Shown here one piece after another: positions 1-5,558 of a stretch of 5,558 bases of DNA. Within the stretch, counting starts at the first letter, position 1. Every line of letters begins with the position of its first letter. A program made the position numbers and the translations under genes. The notes beneath the pieces were generated by a model. The model was not told the DNA's origin and did no database searches. It worked only from the letters and a program-made list of their open reading frames with translations. The DNA comes from Amoeboradix gromovi X-113 (Eukaryota; Fungi; Sanchytriomycota): NCBI GenBank assembly GCA_018985225.1, contig JADGIF010000646.1, forward strand, positions 1-5,558, written 5' to 3'.

Positions 1-470
1 TACAAGTGTAAGTTTCTAAATTAGTTTTCTTTAGAGTACCACACCTTGTACATGTCTGACTAGTAAATGCTTCATTACATTCGATTATCGTCCTTCCTCT
101 TTGTTTACACTTGAACTTCAAGCGTTCCTTGAATGCGTAATGGGACATTGTGGCCATATTTCTTGCGACCTTGCTCGACAAGCTACTTATCATTTGGCTA
201 GTATTGAACGATGGTAAGTATATAAGATCATATGTCTTTGTATCCTGTACCTGTTAGTTATTTCTTTAGATCTGACATATTCAGGATTACATCTATTTAT
301 TCCATTTACCATTTGCGAAGATAAAGAATATCGAGAATCTGTATGTATTTGTGTATAATTGTATGCCCTTTCCAAATTTCCAAATAACTTAAATACTCGA
401 TAAATGATTTATTCAAGAAAATAATCGAGCTGTTTCTTTCTCTCTTTATCTTTTAATTTAAAACTAATCA
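1..470 (-). pseudogene. Fanzor2 / IS607-type TnpB-like RNA-guided nuclease, C-terminal fragment (rearranged RuvC-II plus zinc ribbon); RuvC-I apparently deleted; continues beyond the window edge
   Basis: The minus-strand frame 253->1 has no stop and reads QVQDTKTYDLIYLPSFNTSQMISSLSSKVARNMATMSHYAFKERLKFKCKQRGRTIIECNEAFTSQTCTRCGTLKKTNLETYTC. This fits the TnpB/Fanzor signature ExxTSxxCxxCG...C and the Fanzor2-type YDxIxLPxF...SHYxFKxRL segment. Upstream pieces in shifted frames (470-255: SFKLKDKERK, SIIFLNKSFI, QIHTDSR, ANGKW, CNPEYV) resemble the Fanzor2 region before RuvC-I. No DPG motif lies between them and YDLIYLP. The 5' boundary is approximate. Confidence 0.85.
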
Positions 471-480
471 TGGTCTTTCG

Positions 481-1793
481 CCCGCTGCCAATTCATTATA
501 CATCGTGTATTGGGTCTTTTTTTAAATCGAAACCGTCTAAAACGTCATTGTTTAAAACATTTGCGACTATAGAAGCAAGTTATTTGCTTCCAATAAGGTG
601 CCAATATATCTGAATGCTCCAAAAAGGTTCTTGTCTTTAATAATAGATCCTCAATCTTCATGATGCCATGTTTCTCTTACCTCTTTTCAATTCCTGTTGA
701 TATTTATTAGTGAAAATCAAACGTTTACATTGCTTAGCTGAAAATGAAGTGCTTTCAATACTATACATGAGCTCTTCACCAGGATCTACAAACACATATT
801 CTTCATCTCTCAATTCTATTAATTCTTCTTGTCATAATCTTCCTAAATGACTCAAGAGGGTTTCTCAACATCTCAATAGTGGTCTCATAACACGCTTTCT
901 TGGATTGACTAGCATTACTGACTTTTTCTGGTACATGTTCTGTTGTATAGCAAATCCCGTTATCCTTCTTGAATCTCTTTGTCGTTTTATAAACAGCCTT
1001 CACTTCTTTACAATACCTAATATGACGCGAATAACATCAGTCTCTATAGACCTTACATTTTTGAATGGAATCTTGTGGTACAAGAAATGTCGTTATTCAA
1101 AACCAGATCCAAAAAATTTCTTAATGCAACTAATATCAAATGGAATGAATCGTTCATTGAATCTTGGACATGTAAAATACCTAATGGTGATGCATCTGGT
1201 GATAAAACACCAAAGAATTGCTCGAACAATCTTAAGTAATCTTCAGTTCCTTTTATAGCTTTCAATTCACCAATTAAACTGTCCATATTGTACTTGGTCT
1301 TGTTTCTCTTGTCCAATTTATGTTCCAACAACATGGTGAATCAATATACTCTTGCCAATAATTCTTACAAGATGTTTTGATATTTGAAGCTTCAAAGTTG
1401 TATTGATTATTATGAGGTTTTAATCCGTTATTGCCGTATAAACTCATCTGATGTTTGGATGCAAACTCTTTTAATTGATTTAATAATGTTCTATCAAGTG
1501 TTTGACATAATGAAATATCATTCAAGAAATATCTTAAACAAAAAGCAGTTCTAGCGAGTGTTGTGATCTCAAAGATCCATCCATATGATTCAAAGAGCCA
1601 ATTAAAAACAAATAGGTTCAAGACGTCGCATGATGCATCATTCTCTGAGCTCTAAAGAGTTTCCTTAATCTTTAAGAACTTTGAAGACTGCAGACAAGGT
1701 GTGAGGAGCCACTTGATATTTAGTAAGATCGTCTAAAAACTCAATTTCTTTTTCAACACCATCTCCTGATCGTCTCTTGCGTTTACGAGACAT
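481..1793 (-). pseudogene. Degenerate Fanzor1-like nuclease gene (N-terminal region through RuvC-I and following helix), with multiple frameshifts and stops
   Basis: ATG at 1793 starts MSRKRKRR (NLS-like). Collinear pieces in changing frames: KYQVAPHTLSAVFK; AQRMMHHAT/LNLFVFNWL; LKEFASKH..NQYNFEASNIKTSCKNYWQEYI; FLVPQ../..SIETDVIRVIL; EEYVFVDPGEELMYSIES (DPG at 786-778, RuvC-I-like) ..LIFTNKYQQELKR; CFYSRKCFKQ*RFRRFRFKK (TGA at 547-545). Order and motifs match my recollection of Fanzor1 proteins. The ORF-track ORFs 1665-1934, 1274-1621, 1053-1334 and 803-1003 are fragments of it. Confidence 0.65.
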
Positions 1794-1915
1794 TAATTGT
1801 ACTAGATTTATTACTGTATGACATTCATTCAAGAACGCACGAAACAAATTGTTTGATATCAATGGGGACTTGGAACAAGTAGTTACTTTACTTAATTTGC
1901 ATCTCCTTGAAGCCA

Positions 1916-2284
1916 ATGAGAGATTTGTTTGCAAAAGAATATGTGATTGACGGAATTGATCTAAATGGCAAAAAATTTGATAGAGTTAGTAGATTAGAGG
2001 CATCTTCTGGAGATAGTGCATGCATAATTGATTTTAACGATGAAATATTTCCATTGACTCCAAAAGAGAAAATTAGATTGACCATAGCCCAAGGCCATTA
2101 TTCTGAGGAAGCTTTTGGACCATATGATTATGTAATGTCAGGCATATATTACAAATGTGCCGAAGAAAAGGACAAACTAAACTCATACATAAGCTGTGGC
2201 GGACTGCTAGTTTGTGTAGAAGAGCAACTGAATGCGGATGTTGGAGGTGATGTATATGTATGCTTGCAAAGATTGCAGGTTTAA
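1916..2284 (+). CDS. RPB8: DNA-directed RNA polymerases I/II/III shared subunit RPABC3 (Rpb8), 122 aa
   Basis: ATG at 1916 (the ORF track uses an upstream TTG). Rpb8 hallmarks are present: LF..., DxxGKKFDRVSRL, DxNxEIFPL, YDYVMxGxxYK and YISxGGLL. Ends in TAA TAA TAA. No intron is needed. Confidence 0.93.
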   Translation: MRDLFAKEYVIDGIDLNGKKFDRVSRLEASSGDSACIIDFNDEIFPLTPKEKIRLTIAQGHYSEEAFGPYDYVMSGIYYKCAEEKDKLNSYISCGGLLVCVEEQLNADVGGDVYVCLQRLQV

Positions 2285-2285
2285 T

Positions 2286-2323
2286 AATAAATAGTATAGT
2301 TGAAAACGAAATTATTTTTTATT
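2286..2323. terminator. Opposed AATAAA polyadenylation signals of the convergent RPB8 and RasGEF genes
   Basis: AATAAA on + at 2286-2291, immediately after the RPB8 stop. AATAAA on - at 2323-2318, overlapping the RasGEF stop codon (AAA TAA A). Confidence 0.45.
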
Positions 2324-5304
2324 TCAAACTCACAGTGCTGACCGTACTCTTACCATCCCAGCCTCTCGGTTCTCTTTCTAAACTTAGTCTATATAGCTCT
2401 TTGTCGATATCCTCCTTCATTAGTGGTATATTCCGAAGGAGCTTTTGGATATCTCCAACCTGAACCAAATTGTAAGGAATTTCTTGGCACTTCATCATAG
2501 CACTAATCACGCCAGTTTCTAATACTCGCTTTGTGAAGTTAATCATGGTCCCTATTCTATCTGGATTACCATCAGCAACATAAATTAAATCTAGTAAATG
2601 AACACCACTAAGTCAGTATATATTACATATAGGGTATCCTGGCTTCATCTTTATCTGTGTTTGCATAAAGCAATGACCTATAATTTCTATATGCATTTTC
2701 AGGGCTTAACGCCAGCTCTAACTCACTTTTCCTTTTTTTCGCCTTTATGCCTACTTCATTCCAGCTGTTCTTAAGTCTACTTATAGCAGCACTATTTAAT
2801 CCCGCAACCACAGCCATACAAGCACTAAAATTTCTCAGATTCAGCAAACAGGAAGCCAGCTCAACCAGAAACTCAATTCTGTTACTTCTTCTTTTCACGC
2901 TTTTTCCTTCTAGCACCGATTTCGCTGTCCAGCTAGCCATACTATTAAATCTTTCCGTCATTAGCCAAACATTTTGAGCCCTCTTTTCACCATCATTCTT
3001 TGCCCACGCTTGGCCGAGGAATTCTGTTGGTAAAATCTTTTGGAATATCTTAAAATCACTCAAAGACAGCTGCCTAGCAATTTCTTCGGGATCATGGTGG
3101 AAGATAGACGGATTTTGAACAAACTTCTTTGGTAATTTTGGCAGTGGTGCTGGCTCAGAAAATTGATAATTATTGCTGTTAAATGTATCTATACGCAACA
3201 AGCACTTTCTTATGTGCTTGGCTAGTTGTGCTTGTTTATCAGGTACTAAAATTGTCTCCGAGAATTCCAAAACGTCTTGGATTAAATAGATTCCCTTCAA
3301 AATGTCTTGAAATGCAGTTTGGTACTGTTTAGTCCACACTTTTAACACGTTGCCAACTCTTAACTGCACTAAATTCCTGAATTCTATAAATTCCTTCAAC
3401 GATTGACTTTGTAGCCTTGGAACGTGATATCTCTCTTTTAATTTGTAAAACAAGGTTTGACTATTCGTAAAGCTGTGATAAGTTAGCAAAAAGGTTTGCA
3501 AATACGCATTATATAGTTGGAAGTCTTTAATATCAGTAGCAGTTAGCTTTTCGATCAATTTGTTTAAACTACCTGCCGCTATATTGCATTCTAATTTATT
3601 AACATCTTTTTGTTTAATTTCATCTTTTTGTATCTCAAAAGTGGTTAAACTATATCTTATGTTATCAGGTGTGTCTACGCCAGAATTCCACATGTTTTCG
3701 TCCGTCAAATTCATAAATATCCCATAATACTTTTCATTAATGTTAATTCGAACATAGTTGTTGGATTTTAGTTTAATTTGATGAAAATTTAGTTTTTTGT
3801 CTATCGTTCTGTTATTATTTGCATCACCTCTGATCTCATAACTTTTAAAATGGACTCTTGAAATTCCGAATTTGCGTTCTAGTAGCGTTTCTAACTCTTC
3901 TATTTTTCGGCTAGGATATATTTCGATATCTTGGTTGACGTCATCAACGCTTAGTTGAAATGGTATTATTCTACTTTGCTCTCTCAGTACAAACTCGTCA
4001 CTTCCTAAAACTTCTTTTAAAACCGACCAAATAGTAGCGGTTCCAACCAGTTTTTCGCCACTCTTATTATAAAGCCATAATTCAGGAACATCAGCTTCTG
4101 TTATCTCAAGTTTGCACAAGTTAACAACGTCATGAACTGTGGCATCTTCGTTTATCAGCAAAAATAAAGACTCACCGTAGTCATGGCTAACTCTAATATG
4201 CTCTGTCTGCTGTCTCAATTCTATACTACATTGGTTAACAGATTGACTGAAATCGCCATTTTTTTCATTGAAACCATAGTCTGACAAGCATCTTTTAAGG
4301 TCCATCCACTGTGATGAATGGGTAAGGAACATTGAATAAAAGTTATTTGGTTTTGGTAAAATTAAAGAACGAACCTTCAGGTTGTAGTGGATCAAACGAA
4401 ACACATCAGCACCAGTAAAGCTAAGAGGAGACTTTAACACAAATTTTGCATCTAAACACGGAATGTTTACGCGAATGTACAGTTGATACCCACACGTACG
4501 TAATTCAACCTTATCGTCAGCATTAAATTCGTAGGATCGCACGGATTTGTTTTCCTCCAACCAAAAACCATGAAGAGATGTACAAAAGAAATTAAATGGA
4601 TCCTTATCAGGTAACTTAAAATGCAGCTTGGCTTTTTCAATAGCATCTTTAATTTTTAGCGTGTGATTATATTGTAGTATCATTTCTTTTTCGTCATTAG
4701 CTAGATGAATAACAAGTGTTTCTACGTGATTCTTTTTTATTAGCCTCCATTTTTCGTCAACACTATTAAGATAGGATTCTCTTAAAACCTCATCTACGAA
4801 TTCCATATGTTGAAATTCTACTCTTTGGCCGTGGTATTTTAGATCAAAGTGGTACAAGTCGTAATCAGTTGGGTTTTCTGATTTCATTTCCATTTGTTCC
4901 AATATGCTCTCAATAGCTTGTTTGGCAGTTATCATTTTAACAGTATGGTTTGTACTAACTTCAAATACACATTTACAAGATGGTTTAGTACTTCCGTTTA
5001 AATAAACGTCCACTGCTGCAGGATTATATTCAATAGTTCCATTCCATTCTTCAACCTCATCAGCAGTCATTTCGCTAGCATTATCGGAAGTAGGTTTTGA
5101 TTTTCTGTCCAGTATTTTACCAAGAAATTTACTTGTGCTGTTTGTTTTTCCGAACTCATTGATACTTTTGGATTCTCGACTTAGTCTTCTCTTTCTACTG
5201 TAACTATCTTCATCGTCGCTTTCTGCAAATGTTTGTCGTTTAAGCATCTTTGAAATGGCATCATCTGTTTTTACAGAGCTTCTTCTTTGACTTGAAGATT
5301 CCAT
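2319..5304 (-). CDS. Ras guanine-nucleotide exchange factor (tandem Ubl/FERM-F0-like domains + REM + CDC25), 2 exons: 5304-2627 and 2607-2319, ~988 aa
   Basis: REM motifs: AGSLNKLIEKLT, FLLTYHSF, RVGNVLKVW. CDC25 motifs: PEEIARQLSL, EFLGQAW, RFNSMASW, LRNFSACMAVVAGLNSAAISRLKNSW. After splicing, the sequence continues RIPYIGVHLLDLIYVADGNPD..MINFTKR..SLEREPR. The first in-frame ATG is at 5304. Spliced length is 2967 nt = 989 codons including the stop. Confidence 0.93.
2608..2626 (-). other. 19-nt spliceosomal intron in the RasGEF gene
   Basis: The minus strand reads TAT AT|GTAATATATACTGACTTAG|T GGT GTT CAT: GTAAT donor, CTGAC branch point, TAG acceptor. Removing it eliminates the in-frame TAA, restores the conserved IPYIG motif and joins the 2319-2546 ORF frame. 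Confidence 0.88.
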
Positions 5305-5339
5305 ATTGACGCGAGTTGAGGAACAAGCCACAAATCTTT

Positions 5340-5346
5340 TTTTATA
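5340..5346 (-). promoter_or_regulatory. Putative TATA box of the RasGEF gene
   Basis: TATAAAA on the minus strand ~40 nt upstream of ATG 5304. The AT-rich background weakens the call. Confidence 0.35.
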
Positions 5347-5464
5347 CTTAGAAACAATACTGCAGCAATTATCAGTAACAATAATTGTTGATCATAGCTT
5401 CAAATAATTTTCATTTTCATCTCCATATCTCTTTTTGACAAATCAACTCAGTTAAAATTGTTTG

Positions 5465-5473
5465 GGCCAATCA
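5465..5473 (+). promoter_or_regulatory. CCAAT box (NF-Y/Hap-type) upstream of the histone gene
   Basis: GGCCAATCA matches the RRCCAATCA consensus, ~65 nt upstream of the histone ATG. A TATA-like TTTAAAAG lies at 5501-5508. Confidence 0.45.
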
Positions 5474-5533
5474 TAGTTCCGTGTTATGAAACCTATTGAC
5501 TTTAAAAGGGACCGTTACTTTGGACTGTAGAAA

Positions 5534-5558
5534 ATGTCAGGAAGAGGTAAAGGAGGAA
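5534..5558 (+). CDS. Histone N-terminus (MSGRGKGG..), most likely histone H4; truncated by the window end
   Basis: AAA ATG TCA GGA AGA GGT AAA GGA GGA A = MSGRGKGG, identical to the H4 N-terminus. Some H2A proteins start the same way, so the subtype is uncertain from 8 codons. Confidence 0.8.

Noticed and set aside
251-290. Intron-like GTAATC...ACTAACAG on the minus strand
   Set aside because: Splicing from the likely upstream frame does not enter the Fanzor C-terminal frame and does not restore RuvC-I. The branch point also abuts the AG.
905-1258. 117-aa plus-strand ORF
   Set aside because: Antisense shadow of the Fanzor1-like remnant, with a TTG start and no recognisable motif.
572-1640. 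Short palindromes/hairpins (572-590 GAAGCAA..TTGCTTC, 1383-1396 TTTGAAGCTTCAAA, 1631-1640 TGATGCATCA)
   Set aside because: Isolated, non-repeated and inside former coding sequence, so compatible with chance in AT-rich DNA. No CRISPR-like array or terminal inverted repeat pair is seen.
1-1793. Alternative genetic code as the explanation for the broken ORFs
   Set aside because: Most breaks are frame changes rather than in-frame stops. Neighbouring genes read cleanly in the standard code and end in TAA.
1888-2085. 65-aa minus-strand ORF
   Set aside because: Antisense to the well-supported RPB8.
2319-2546. 75-aa ORF as a separate gene
   Set aside because: It is part of RasGEF exon 2, joined through the 19-nt intron.
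2260-2977. Plus-strand ORFs 2260-2463 and 2747-2977
   Set aside because: Antisense shadows of the RasGEF CDC25 domain.
5332-5442. Minus-strand peptide-like stretch FVKKRYGDENENYLKL*STIIVTDNCCSIVSKYKKRF, reminiscent of a transposase relic or an upstream RasGEF exon
   Set aside because: Too short, interrupted by stops, with no convincing start or splice path. It cannot be supported without a tBLASTx search.

Overview
AT-rich, very gene-dense eukaryotic DNA using the standard code (TAA ends genes), probably from a compact-genome microbial eukaryote such as an early-diverging fungus or relative (inference). The right two-thirds are housekeeping genes: RNA polymerase common subunit RPB8 (1916-2284, +); a convergent ~988-aa RasGEF with tandem ubiquitin-like/talin-F0-like domains, REM and CDC25 domains (5304-2319, -), split by an apparent 19-nt GT-AG intron; and the start of a histone gene, probably H4 (5534 to the window end, +). 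The left third (1-1793, - strand) looks like scattered short ORFs. Read across frames, it resolves into decayed Fanzor (eukaryotic TnpB-like, RNA-guided nuclease) sequence. A frameshifted Fanzor1-like gene (NLS-like N-terminus, RuvC-I VFVDPG) runs from 1793 to ~481. It abuts a Fanzor2/IS607-TnpB-like fragment (~470-1) whose uninterrupted C-terminal frame (YDLIYLP...SHYAFKERL...CNEAFTSQTCTRCG) is missed by the ORF track and runs off the window edge. All assignments come from manual translation and motif recall, not database searches.
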